Origin: Phoronis australis
Lineage: Eukaryota; Animalia; Phoronida
NCBI GenBank assembly: GCA_002633005.1
Contig: NMRA01000054.1
Location: 1-64,000, forward strand
DNA length: 64,000 bases
Direction: 5' to 3'
The translations under genes were made by a program, and so were the position numbers. Numbering within the stretch: position 1 is the stretch's first letter; the number at the start of each line of letters is the position of its first letter. The notes under the pieces are model-generated. The model made no database searches. It worked only from the letters and a program-made list of their open reading frames with translations, and was not told the origin of the DNA. Below are positions 23,894 to 37,477 of the stretch, in pieces.

Positions 23894-24753
23894 TAGCCTC
23901 GAATGGCAGATACAACCGTGTAATAACCCATAAAGTTATCTCACTTGTGAGATAACATTTTGCCATGAAACACAGGCTGGATTCGAACCCGGGCCTCAAG
24001 TTTCGAGTAGCCGACTTTACTACTACATCACACAGCGGCTGACGTCATCGAACATGAAAATAGAATACTTAAATGAGCACGCGCAACAATCGCATGTTCA
24101 GCAAAGGGCATTGCACCGACATTTATACGTTATGAAAAATAAGACGCATAATTTCCATAAAAACGATGTTTTGATTTAGTGAAATTTTTCTCTCGTGTTC
24201 TCTCACTTGTAAATCACCGATCTCCAATTTGAATGCAGGTATCGTGTCGTCGGAATCCTTTGACTTGAACATTATAGTCAGTTACTAGTGGTAACCAACT
24301 TTAGCAGCAGATATTTTCCCGGTCGAAGCTTAGCGTGATAAAATGTGTAGTAAGCTATAATAGTTGCTAAACCTTAATTTATAGATTCACTTTATTTCTA
24401 TTTTGTTTTGTTTTTCAATTTGTTTTGAGTAAAAGCATTATTTGATAAAAATAGCTCGATTTTTCTTAATAGGTCACGACCTCCGACCCCCGGCCTCTGA
24501 CATAGAAAGTAGTTACAAAGCCGTGGCGAGTCGAGAAAGGTACACCAATTAATTGCAATGTTTCTCGTTCAGTAGGTGGTATAAATAAATTATTACATGT
24601 TCTCAGTCGTTATCCCCCTTATCTAGAGCCCTCGAGGATTTTGTAGAATTATCACCCTCGGGGCTAACGTCCCCGGGCGATAATTCTCCAAAATCCACTC
24701 GGGCTCTAGATAACGGGGGATTACGACTTTGCTATGTAATAATCTATATTTAT
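23894..24753 (-). mobile_element. Non-autonomous interspersed element, copy 2 (tRNA-like unit plus terminal hairpin)
   Basis: Colinear with 17762-18612; hairpin at 24585-24747; small perfect hairpin GTTATCTCAC-TT-GTGAGATAAC at 23935-23956. Confidence 0.85.
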
Positions 24754-25726
24754 CCTATACGCGTGATGGTATGCCCATGAATAACAGGTTCAATTGTGAA
24801 GTTTTATATGGAAAAACTACTTTTCCGTATTCAACGCGCGTTGAACATGAATTTTACGTATTCAACGCGCGTTGAATACGGATGCCTCTTTTCTCTCCAA
24901 AATTCCCAACTGAGCACACAATACACAACAATTGAAACATGATTCTTTATATATACCATCAACTTGGGTTTAGCCCCTATCGCAATATTTCCACATGTTA
25001 AACAAAAAAGTGAACTAAAAATATTGTTGACAATTTTTCTTAATGTACCTCGAAATTTTGCACCTGAGCAGAATACTTAAATCACAAAAAAGTCTCGAAC
25101 TTGCCACAATATATTTGGGATTAGGAATGCAGTATGCATTATCAGTGCATGCCACCTTTTGGTCAACTATTGCACTACACTAGTTGAGGTATTTTTACGA
25201 TCAAATATGAGTCAATTTTTAAATTCGTTCTCAGAACAAACAAAATAATTCGAGCCCAAAAGCAAAACTGCAACTACAGTAAATAGCGTATTTTTGTCAA
25301 TTTCATGATAAATTTCGGAAAACCTTCAACCTAAAAATGATAAGAACTGCGCGCAAGGAGCATTTTAAGAAGCGTCTGAAAGTGCATTTACCACAACGTC
25401 TGGGTGTCCTGCACAGAATTACTCAACGAAGTCAAGAAAAATCGTCAGAAACGTAAGCAAACTTTAACTTAGAAATGCATTTAGATCAATCTGTGAGGAA
25501 AATACTGAAAATAGCAGATATGCACCCCAAGCCTTTAGCTACTGTAAAACTTGAATACCGTGTCATGCAGGCTGCAAAAAATTAATTCATAAAAATGTTG
25601 CGTGGACGTATACGTGTCACGCGATCTGCAATCATCATTGATAAAAGATGGCAAACAACACAAAGACAAGCGGAGCAATCTGTGTAAACCCGCTTCTTTA
25701 AAGAATACTCAATGGAGCGTATAGGA
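24753..25726. mobile_element. TIR-bounded non-autonomous DNA transposon with apparent TA TSD (Tc1/mariner-like)
   Basis: TA|TCCTATACGC ... GCGTATAGGA|TA; internal TTCAACGCGCGTTGAA palindromes at 24826-24881. Confidence 0.6.
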
Positions 25727-26030
25727 TAAATTCGCCCTCGTTCAAAAACTTTTGCATATCACGAATCTCGATATTATAACCACTGGTACAAACACGTACG
25801 TCGTATAACCTATATATAACCATAGACTATAGTACATGGACCGCCAACTCCGTATACTTTCAATGGACGAAATTTGTGCTCTTACGCACAAGCCCTTACG
25901 TCATTATTCACTGACGACACCTTTTCTGGTGCAATTTCCGGCAAGTACGTTGTCTGCTAAGCATGGTCGACTGCTGCGTGGCCGGTTGTTCGGCCACACA
26001 CGCGAAATGCAAAGGCGTTAGCTTACATAC

Positions 26031-26123
26031 CAACCAAAGACCCCATAATCGGCTGGGGGAAGAAAAGCTTATTTCTTGAGTCAACGTGAATGGCAGTTGT
26101 TTCAGCAATAAGGCTTTATACAT
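26031..26123 (-). CDS. Candidate upstream exon of gene B
   Basis: MYKALLLKQ...LWGLWL ends at TTG|GTATGT in phase 0, matching the acceptor at 21748. The 5' boundary is uncertain. Confidence 0.35.
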
Positions 26124-28037
26124 TTGTTCAAGGCACTTTTAAGATGAACGTTTTATAAGAGGCTCTGGAAGGCCTACTACTTAACCCTGTCTTCTCAAAT
26201 CCATTTTTGTTTTCTCCGTTTTGATGAAAACTATCTGGTAAACTTTTTGACGAAAATTGTCAACTAAATTTCTCCCAAAGGTATTGACTCGTAAACTCTT
26301 GTCCTTACGAGCAAGTTCAGCCATAGTCTAGTGAGCGAATTAACCAAATTACGCTTCGCTGGCCCTGATCAGACGGTTGGTCTCAGCAGAATGCGCACAT
26401 TTGGCCAGGATTTGGATCAGCGATTTCAACAAATAAGTATAACCTTTAACATAAATAAGGATTACATTAATACTTCAGAAATAACCACCTGGACCAGTCA
26501 AAATCTATCTCGCAATTCAACAGCAGGTTACACAATCATTTCATGTCTAATATATGCGCACAAATTCTCTCGACTGCAGTCTATGAAATTGCAACCAACT
26601 TCTTTGAAAGCATGGAACAGGAACACCAGAGGGGTGTGAAGGTTGTTTTTATCCTCCAAACGTTTTTTAAATTTTCGCCTTAAAAGGTCGGCGGAGGCAA
26701 GTTACAATGCATGGATTTTGACAATGGGGTTTATTATGGATATCAAATAATATAGTAAAAAGTTATTTTAAAATCCAAAAAATGTTTTTTGTATGGATTA
26801 CAGCACATCCATTATTTCCATGTAGTCCAATGGGGAAATGGGTAGTAAGAGTGGAATTTCAAAAGGCTTTTATTAAAAAGTGGTTCCTAACTATTTAAAG
26901 TGAGATATTTTCTTCTACCAAACTAGGGTGAAATAAAAATATTTCATCGTCAATATTGTGGGAGTTTTTTTTAAGTTCCTGTGAAATGCCGCCTAAAACG
27001 CAGAATTTTGGGCAATTCTATGAAGCTCTCCAGCATTGGAGGTAAAATTGAACAGTTTACCAAAACAGGAAAATCGATAGCGTCTGTTTGTACAGCGATT
27101 TCCTTCGAAATTTGGCTCTTATTTATGTACGGATACATAGTATTTATTTAATAATTAGTAGAACAATGTTTATATGTTGTGTTTACTTCGCGTAGAATCG
27201 GTTGCTGTTAATACAATAGCACTCAGCAGTGTTTAGTGATCATTAGCAGGCCCCGCCAGACTCGATTTCCTAGTCAATCGACGAAAGTCTGTGCTTAAAA
27301 TTCTTGCTACATGTAGTTTGATAATGTATTAAGCAATTTTTAGTATTCCCTCCTTCAACTGGTTATCATTTTAAGAACTGGGTCGTGTACGGTGATTCCC
27401 TCATAAGTCGACGTAGCGTGGGCTTAACAAAAGCTAGCCTTGGTACAAAGCCAGCTGGCTAGGCTGGCTAAACATAAGTCAACGGTTCAGTCAAGGTGAC
27501 GTTTTGATATACGCCTTTTGGATAATGGAGTAGAATTTTTGACAATATTCAGTACAAAATTGGCAAAAGAATAAAACTGCTAAAGGGGAGGGGGGCATAT
27601 TTTTGCCACAACGTGAGTAAAATACAAATATTTCTTTACAAAAATTCCCAAATATCAAGGAATGTGTATCACAACTACACACTTCAGTGCAAGTTTTCTA
27701 ATGTAGAATATTCATTTTCTATACAGAAGATTCAGTTACACAAGTTATGTAATATACAGCCAGTTTTGAAAAGCCGCCGACTTTGAAAAAGTGGTCTGTG
27801 AAAAGTTAAATCATTGTATACCATATATGCATAACCCCCAAAAATCGCACCAGAGTTTATTCTTATTTAATAGTAAGACACTGGAATACCCACAATAAGA
27901 ATTGTCAATGTCAATTCAAAGCAGCACGCCACCAAGAACAATGTGTTTTCGATTTCAATTTTATAGACCACCTCAATTTATAATCACTATTGCCCATCAA
28001 CAGGAACTCCTCATTATTTTTAAACTGAGGTTACTTT

Positions 28038-28329
28038 CAGTGGCGCATCCAAGATAACATAAGGGGGGGCAAGATGTTGCCTCGGAGAATTGGGCGCAAT
28101 CGTATGCACAGGCGGCCCGAAAAGAAGTTGCGGGGGCTGGCGATGTGAACCTTGGTGTACCCAAATTCTATCTGACTAGTAACACGGTTCCGCCGCATTC
28201 TATCCCCCCACTGCCATTCAAAATTGGTGCACTCGATTTCTTCACGCTGCCGCTGTTTAATTTTCCTTGCACCAGCCAAAGGGGGGTGGGCCCACCTGCC
28301 CCCCCCCCAAAAAAAAAAATCCGCGTATG
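28038..28329. mobile_element. CAGTGGCG-type MITE with G/C-run subterminal regions
   Basis: CAGTGGCGCATCC ... ATCCGCGTATG ends; similar ends at 48919-49156 and ~54700-54881. No clear TSD. Confidence 0.55.
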
Positions 28330-28336
28330 ATTTTAA

Positions 28337-29918
28337 AGGAGAATGCCACTCGATTCAATTAGTCTTTTTTGCCGTCTTAATCGGTCTATATCCACATCGC
28401 CTCGCATACGGTCGACGTTACCTCGCCAAGAGGTGTCGCGTTAACCTGTGAGGAAGGTGAGAAACGACGCTAGCGACGTCAGTGGTTCATATGCAGAGTG
28501 AATGCCGCAATGTTGCTGTGCATCGTTCCCGCTTGTCCGAACTAAACAGCTTCCAGGAAAGCGGGTATATCGTTTTTTTTGCTTCCTCGAGAGTCCGAAA
28601 TGCTTAGGAAGTGGCTCATGGTAGTGAAGAATGAAATCTACGCTGTAAATAGCAAGTATGAGGCCGTGAAACTTCTCCGTGTCTGTGGCATGCAGACGTC
28701 GACAGTGCCTCACGAATGCCGGCTTACCAAATATCCATACGTTCCGTTGTCTGAGCTTGTTCACGACGCCTCTCTAGTATTTCTTCATCACTGTATTCTT
28801 GTTCGAATTGATAGCCTGTAAAACTTAATGATCCACCTGCGAAGTCGGGACTGATGAGCTCTACCTCGTCCTAAGTCGGTATTGCGAGTTGCCATGTTGG
28901 CGTTTATTACTGAGCGTTCTGTTTCAAAATGAATTATTCTCACTCTAACCAATACTTATATGAAACTGAAACAAAGTCTCTGTCTCATTAGATGCAATTT
29001 GTAATGCCTTTGGAGTTTTCGTGAGAGCAAATGATTTGAGAAGCCAGCAATGAATAAATCACTGCCTTACCGGCTTTAGGTGCAATAAAACTAATTGACG
29101 GGTCACCGATGCCGTGTGAGCTCATGCTAATTTAGTGTTTGTTGGCAGAAATTGTTGTGAAACAACTCGATTTCCATCCCACGGCCAGGTGTTAGGGGAA
29201 TCTTTATTTACATTTATATTACTCAAATAATGATTGTCAATGTACAACTTCTGCCCTGACGTGCTGTGGCCAAAGCGGAACCTGAATTCGCGGCCCCCGA
29301 CGAGTAAGTAGATTTGCAGTTTCGTGGCTAATTCACCAATATAATCACGCGACATTACTTTGGCTCACTATTATAGCATTTTCTTTACTGGAAGTTGATT
29401 TTCCACTGAACTTATTGTTTATGTTCGTGGTGTTTCCGAGCCACTGACCGGGATAACGAGTCAATCCGGCCGGCCGCGACTGGCCTGATCGGGCTCCGAG
29501 CCACTGGCCAAGATAACAAGCGTTTTGTGTTTAGAACTCAAAAAATCACAAGTCTAAACAAAACAGATCTAGGTTCTCCTGTCTGTATCTCACGGAAAAT
29601 ACTTCGAAATTACCTCCGACCACACCCCAAACGCCTGCTACGGACCTTATTGGCCTGCCGAACTTTGTACGGGTTTTACATCGAAGTTTGATGATTTATT
29701 GGTGTTAAATGATTACTTCAAGCGATAAGCTGACACCAGTAATCCGTGTTGTGAACTGTTGAGCACACTGCGTGTGAAACCGATGACGTCTTTGGATAAT
29801 TTCAACACCTCCGTCTGCCGTCAGGTGTCAGGTAACGCAACCATACGTGTTGTTATGGAGTAGAACTACTCGACCTAAATTGATACAAATTAGGTTGTTT
29901 TTTGGGAGGCATGCTCCT
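28337..29918 (+). mobile_element. Non-autonomous Kolobok-like DNA transposon with a decayed THAP domain
   Basis: TTAA|AGGAGAATGCC ... GGCATGCTCCT|TTAA (TIR plus TTAA TSD); THAP remnant at 28502-28700; homologous to 61200-62732 in inverted orientation. Confidence 0.82.
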
Positions 29919-31376
29919 TTAATGCCAGAAACATTTGAGTTTTCCATCTCACGTCAAATTATAATTTTCTACCATCCTTTTTTGTTTTCCAGTTTCACTG
30001 GGCAGAAAATAATAGTACATGCCGACCATTATGAGTCTCTAAGTTCAGTAATGGGCAATGGTTTTGTAATAAAATGAATGTTGAAAAGGTCTCTTAATAT
30101 TGGTATCGAACAAACATGACGGTGTGTTTATTTTGCAATAACTCTCACATCTTTATTGAAATGTAATTACAAAGGAAAATTCAATGTAATTTAGAATTGT
30201 GACGATAGAACAGAAACAATAAGTTTCCTAACATGTTAACTAGTCTATGGTGACCTTCGTACCATGAAACATGGTCCAGTTACGCATATCATTGTTTTAC
30301 TTGTGGATTGCCTGTCTTTTAGTCATTATGTCCTTAATAGAACAACATCTAACTCTGGACAAAGCGTGCGATTCTATGAAAAGAGGTCATTAAACTGCAA
30401 GAATCTAAAGACAATGCAAATAATAAATAAAAAAAATGTTCATATGCAAAAGAACTCGAATGTCTATTAGTGTATTATGATCTTCAAGTAATGTAAAAAC
30501 ATACATAACTAGCTTCTAAAACACATACTTTTAACCATAAATTAGATGGAAACAGGAATACTTCAGAGTTGCACCATCATGAACTACTAGATAATGTATA
30601 CATAACATCTTATCTAGAAAGGCAACACCTATGTGAAATAACTTCACATAAAGGTGACAAAATTTCTATATTTCATGGACACAGAAGTTCCACTAATCTG
30701 TCAAATGATTTTGGAGAGAGTTTATCCAAGTTTAGCTGAGTCTGAAAGACTTCTCTTGAAGTCTGCTCAATGTTACATAGAAGACTATGTACTGTGTGAA
30801 ACAAAATGTGTGGATCAAAATCAAAAAAACAAACTAAAGCAAATCATTTCCAACACACAGGAAGTCTAAAGTCTATGTAAATCAATCAAACCTCCATAAA
30901 ATAACCTTATTTTGTGTCATCCACCACCAGAAAAGAATAAACGAGACTAATATTATGCAACAAGGGTTTACAAGGCAATGGTAAACTAGGTAGAAAATGC
31001 ACCGATTTTGGTTTCACCGACTGTAAGCGTTCAAGAGTGGCACACCCTAAATCGTGTAAAATCACTCCACTCGTATCACCAGCAGTTTAGTACACATTTC
31101 AGCATTTATAGAAAACCATAAAACTATCCGTAAGACATCGACTCATTCAAGGGTTCAACAACAGAAGTAAGCCACTGTGATGAGACTAAGCATTGCTACT
31201 GGAATATATATTGATAGGTTTGAGTCCTAATCAAGTAGCTTGGAAATACAATGGCATAGGTGACCACCAATTGCCCATTCGTACAAACATCACAATGACT
31301 TCCCACACCCCCAACCTCCGCCGGTCAGCACCCGCTGATGAAGGGGTGAACACATATATCCTTTAAAAAATCTATT

Positions 31377-33060
31377 CTAGAAATCAGCATGGCAAGCGCA
31401 CATCTTTAAGTAACCTGTAACAGTATTCAAAAATTCAGATTTTCGCTTACATAGCTTAATGTCTATGTTCAGCAGCTTAAGAACTTCTTTCAAATTCACA
31501 ACTTTCAGATTGCCCAACTTTTTGTCTCTCATCATCTCACACAAGTTTTCTCCTCCATACATAATCGGGTGGATTACCCCTACTTCACGAAACACTGCGT
31601 CCCTAATTTCCTCCTCCCAGATACGTCGACTATTTGCAACATCATCTTCGTCTTCATCTTCAAAAACTGCTTTGCGTTTTATTTGAAGTTCAAGTCGTGA
31701 AAAAAGCTAGATATCTGTTTGGCTGTACGCCACTTATTGGACGGTAACTTCGATCTGATGAACTGAACACACTGTCTTGGGTCTGCTTTTTGGCCACTTT
31801 TCTCGCCATCGTTGAACATATTTGTAAGGAAATCCCTCACACCTTCGGACATTCTTGGGCCTTTTTTGACCGATTTCAATGTCTACCCTTCCTCTAAATG
31901 TTAAAATCCAAATACTTCCTCAGCTATTTGCTTGTAATCATCTGAAAAAATAAGGTAAAACACCTCAACAGGAGGGAGATTACGGTTCACCCGGTGATAT
32001 GAATTGACATTTAGAAAACTTTCTTGCACTTGATTTCTGAACTACACACACGCACTGCAAATGCTCCATTCGCGATTACCCAAGTACAGTATCAGGGACC
32101 AGGTTTCACATCTGCGCTGTGAAGTCCTGACACTGACTTTAGGTGCATCCATGAAAACGAAATTACCGATGAGTGGACGACTAAGTGTAGACCGTGACTA
32201 ACGCGACAAACCGGCAATTTCCGTACCGTCCTTAATCTCAAACTGTCAAAGTGCGACGTGTGTTTGGGAACATTTTTTTCTGCTTTGACTGCAAATTTCT
32301 ATCCAACATGCTGTAGAGCAAGACACCGTGAAAGTTACTATGAGAAAGAACAATTGCTCATTGTTTGTTGAACTCCTGTTTTGTGTAAATTTATTGAGAT
32401 AATGTGTTTGATATGAATGGCTGAATCGAAGCACCCGAGGAATTTCTAGTCCCGAGTGTCATAACTTGTAGTGTTATATGTAGTGTATTGGGGACCATCA
32501 GAAGCTCAGGTCGCCTGTGGTAATGCACAGGCTCTTTTCTTAAATGTACTATAAGAAACGATATTTGCCTTAAGAAAAAAATAAATTCAAACTATCGACT
32601 ACAAAAAAATGATGCTTGTTAATCGGCAGTAACTAGTTACCAGGTTAATTTAGAAGGTATAATTAAACAATGCATACCTGATCCAATGGGCAGGATCACA
32701 TTTTTCTCAGTTTTTATCTCCTCCAACATAGCTAAATTCAACCTCTCGGAGCTTTAGGATGCCTCTTCTCCCTCCATGATCTAAGTAGGCACAAAGTTTA
32801 GATGGGAAGAACCCTACACCAAACTTGTTCCTATGAAGGGGACGCATCGTCAGTTCAGCAGCCGAGCCCTCGTCAAATCCAGCTCTGTTCAACAGAAGTT
32901 TCCACTCCACTACGTCCTCCGATATGTTTATGTACCGCAGATATTTGGAAATATCTCTGTCACAGCTCATAACACTCGTCAGATTCTTTTCACCCCCCGA
33001 CTTCAGTACAACTTACTGTGAATTTTGTAGAGAATGAACAACACGTCCCCACAAGGGACG
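31377..33060 (-). mobile_element. Internally deleted DNA transposase relic, Sola3-like
   Basis: N-terminal LLLNRAG...PLHRNKFGVG...C..LDH; C-terminal EG*TLK (GWxLK), FNDGEKSGQKADP...KQISSFF and HPIMYGGENLC...CAC. The DDE core is absent. Superfamily assigned from recalled motifs. Confidence 0.55.
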
Positions 33061-34047
33061 CCATTATTGTGCCTTCATTCCGTTGTACTCTCAAAACTAG
33101 AATTCTTGTTGTAAGTTCAGTAATAAACTCTTTGTATTTTATTCAAATAAAAATTATACTTTTTTCTATATATAATTCATTATGAGAAATGATACAGAGA
33201 TAAATTGTAATTTAATGCTCTGTTTCTGTTAAAATACGCAATTTGATGAGTTTCGGTATGTCACGTGACATCGACCTTCGCTGATAATTGCCAAGGCAAT
33301 TATGCGAAAGTGCCTCCGAATAAAGTCGGGTTGTCAAAAAAGGATGAATTATCCCAAAGTTCAAATAGTATTACGTAGAACAATAAATTTTTTTCTGTAC
33401 TAAGACACCATTTTTAAATATAATTTGGAACCACTTTTTCATAATCGGACTTCTACTATCGGAAATTTTCGGGATTTATTAAGCCTAACCAAGGCCTGAA
33501 GTGACATTCGGTCAACAAAATGAAATACAAATTCACACAGATGCTCAAGAAAATCAATTCTCAAGCACAGCAATGGCTTCAATTCCACTAATTATGATCA
33601 TTTAAAGTCCCTAGCTGGCTTTCAGCTCTGTGGGTGTTGGCATTCTTTATTTCTGTTTGGACATTCTTGTCCTGTGTGTGAAAAAAAAACACGACGGAGG
33701 GTGTTTAGTATTTTTTTATAAAATGACTCCAGATGAAAAACAGATGTGATTTATTTATTCATATGTGAGTACAAATTGGTGTGTAAAGTATCAACTTAAT
33801 TGATCAAAGTGCCTCCCCCAACATTTTGCAATTTTGCAGGTTTTCTCAGATAATGCCTCTAAGTCCTAAAATTTCCAAACTTAAGCCTTTCAAACGAACG
33901 TTTATGACGAAAACAAAATTCTTCAACCAGTTTCGTGAAGTCCTATGCCACCTGTAGGGTACGTAATGAACCAATCCCACTCCTAATGTACATGTAACAA
34001 AAGGGTCCCGTGCATAAAGGATACTAAGTATTGCCCTTCTGAAATAT

Positions 34048-34140
34048 TACCGTATTCGCCCTAATATGCGGCCAGGGCACTTAGAAAAATCCGCTTCAGG
34101 AAGGGGGGCGCTTATTATAGCCCAAAAGTGGTTGAACTCC
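34048..34140 (+). mobile_element. One end of a pogo/Tc1-like non-autonomous element
   Basis: TA|CCGTATTCGCCCTAATA...GGGGGCGCTTATTA terminus pattern; partner end not found. Confidence 0.4.
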
Positions 34141-37100
34141 GGTTTACAAAACAGGTGAAATCGTAAGCTAGAATTCAACAAATTTACGCTCTGTGACGCA
34201 TCTGTAACCTATGACAGAGTTTCTACAAAACTGCAATGCATTACTATCAAACTTTGTAGTTAACGTACGAGCATTTTTCAGAAAATCCCACTGCCAAAAA
34301 TTGCCATGAATTATTTTTCAAGCTCCACAGCTTGGTTTAACTATATATTAATAAACCATAAAAATGGTTCCAAATGATCAGTGCAATGGGTCCACATGCG
34401 CTGCCTGCGCACGTCTGGTAAAACGTGTATCATGCAGTTCCTAATTTAAACAAAGGTCTCGTTTTTTAGATTTGGTCCGCTATAAATAAAGCCACAGACC
34501 TGGAAATCCAGCAAAACACTTCTACCTTACAAATCTGACAATCCCTAGTCTCAGAAAATTTGAGCACCAGGCAAAAGATACTAATGATGAAATTCCGGTG
34601 ATGATAATCACCCACTTTGTTTATTTACTTCACCTACACAATTTGAATTAGTTGGTAAAATGAAGCCCATTCGTGAAAGCACCATGTGGGTCCAAATGCC
34701 AACCCAATATATGATAGAACCCAACAAGCTCAAGTTGCGGTTAAATCAGGATTTGCATAAATAAGGAAATTTACTGTATCAACAGATTAGCCAAATACGA
34801 ATAAAATACAGTGTTGCTACAGCGCACTATCACGTGCACAATATTTGGTCTATAATTTTCCCGCCGTAAATACATGAACCAATCAGATCACCAATGGCGC
34901 AAAGTTTTCGAAAAGAGCTCTGTTCTTAGAGAGTCCTGTTACTGCTCTATTTATTTTCAAAACTTTATTGTGTTACATTTAATTTATTTTATTTTCAACT
35001 CAATGAAGCCATTTAATATGAATGCTTTCAACACAATAAATGCATAAAAACCAAAACTTATGCTATATCAACATTAGACAAAATTAGTACACCCCTTTCT
35101 TAAAACATGGGTTAAAAGTTAGAAACAAAGGACACAAGTTTCCGTCACTTGTAACGTCGATTTTCGACATTGATGTTGGGAAGGAACATCAGTCCGGCGA
35201 CAGCAACACGGAATCGTACGAAGGCGATGATTTTCGAAATATGATTCGTTTTTGTTGTATGTCTTTTTCCCTACTGTTCAGGGTTACTTCTGAATCCAGG
35301 AACAAGAACTGAAAGAGGCAGGCTTAGTGATAACGTTGGAGAACGGTAACATTATATAAGGTTTTACAACTGTCATCGATAATGTCATCTCCGTTTTCAT
35401 CCAACCTTCCCTAATGAAAACTTGAATAAAGAAGACCTTCAGTACTTAAGTGAGCACGATATACTGTGTGATTTATGTTGAATTATTCAATGGTTTTTTA
35501 AGAACCATTTCACGCTATACCTAAGGCTCGTGCAAAGTACAACCAACGTCCCTTTTAAAGGCCACTCAACACTTCCCAGAAGAACTGCTCACTTGAGAAT
35601 GTTGAATTATAAACATGCAAAGGTTATGCTAGTCAAATCGTTGCAGTGGCGCATTTTTAATTCGAACAAAATCAATAAACAAAAACCGTTATATAAGTAT
35701 CTTTTGCATTCACATGTACTCCTTAGAATTTGTGCATAAACATGCTTTCACAGTTTTCTCAGTAGGCCTATGTGAACCATAAACCACAAACTGTCCGATA
35801 ACTATGCTGCTATTAGGCAAGCAGACGACATAGTCAGTCAGCACCGAAGTTTGAATTTTGTAATTAATTACCAGTAGCATTGACAAAAGTACTCACGATA
35901 CCAACACTTCTACTATTGGAAGACTTTGAACATCGTTTCAATGCCGAAATTAATATTTTTTCGTTGTACTGGACAGTAAAGTAGATGGAAATATTTCTCG
36001 TCAAAATACGCTAACCGGGACTTGCACCAGAAAATTTAGGAGAGTGGCGGCGCCTCTTGGCTAGCACGGAAGAAAATGTCGGAGTTGCGAATCTGTTGTC
36101 TATAATCTATGATACAACATGTAGGCAGGATTTAATTGATGAATAAATTCTCTATCAGAAATCACATCTTTGTTACTCTTTCACATTTTTTTAAAAAAAA
36201 GCGTTTTTCCAATGTTAATTGCAATTGGCTAACGCGCGTCTGACGTCACTAAGGCTGTACCGTGGGAGAAGGTAATAAGATAAATCAAGCTTATTATGTA
36301 TATATCTCATTGGGTGAATGCCTCTTGGCTACAGAACTGTGCTTAATGTGCAATTCGTCTGCGATCTCGGCTCTCAAAAGTTCATAATACAAGTTTTCTT
36401 CCGTGTAGTGGTGACTATTTGTGGAACGATGCCGTTCTCGGCACGGGCCAGGAAAGGTCCCCATCCGGTTGCGTAGCCTTGCCTTGGTGGAAGCTGTATA
36501 GTAAATATACAGCGGCCGTTGCACTGACGTAGGTAAAAACTGATCAAATAAAATGTGACACAAAATTAGTGTCATTAAAAATTACACTGTTCTTTAAGTA
36601 AACTAAATTATTGACTGGCGTTCTGCCGCGAGCCGTACACTATGCTGCTAAAGTTTGGATGCGCTCTTTAAGGTCGGCTTTCGGCGCCGTCACCTATTGC
36701 CATATTGGCCAGTTTCCCGAGTTGTTCCTCCAAGTTTAACAAGCGATCGAACTGTTTTTCGAAGTTGTGTACATGTCACAACAAATTACAAGAACTGATT
36801 TCATTTCTTTACAAGTTTTTAGTATTTTAATACCAGGAAACCGAATTTCATATTTTTTGCTCCTGCGAAGCTGTTATTATTTCCCGACAGATGTCACAAA
36901 ACTTTCGCAAATAGCGGGTGTCAAGCGTACTGTTTTCTTTGTTACAAAAGGCTGAGAATTATGAAATAAAATAATTTTTTACTTGATTGTTTTTCACTTA
37001 AATGGCTCCAGCGGGCATGGCGAGTGTCAGTTGACACCCAGATATTTGCACGCTTCCCTGCCGGTTTAGAGCTCAAGTTTCGGGACGAGGTGACGAGCAG

Positions 37101-37477
37101 AACTACCCGGGCTATGTGAAATTTCGGAGACTAACGGAGATCAACACACAGTGCTACTGGTACCTAGTTTATTTTGAAGATAGCGTTCATACAGCTAGTC
37201 ACAGGAAAGAAAAACGAAAAAGGTTGTGAGTATGCACATGTTGATCTGTCGACTGGACTACGGACTTGCAATGACCTATATCTCTTTGTGATGTGCAGCC
37301 TCAGTGACGTCACGAAAAACAGCGCTTGCAGTGGGGCTTCACGGAACTAATAGATATTTACTTTTCAATGTAAAAAAAGAAAAATACTGTTCACTATTTA
37401 GGAATATGGGGATGCCAGTGACCTATGTTTATACTTTCAAAATTCATATTAAAATGCAGAAACATGTATTTCAGGCC

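Noticed and set aside
28848-28880. Hammerhead ribozyme (CTGATGAG)
   Set aside because: No stem II followed by GAAA, and not conserved in the second Kolobok-like copy.
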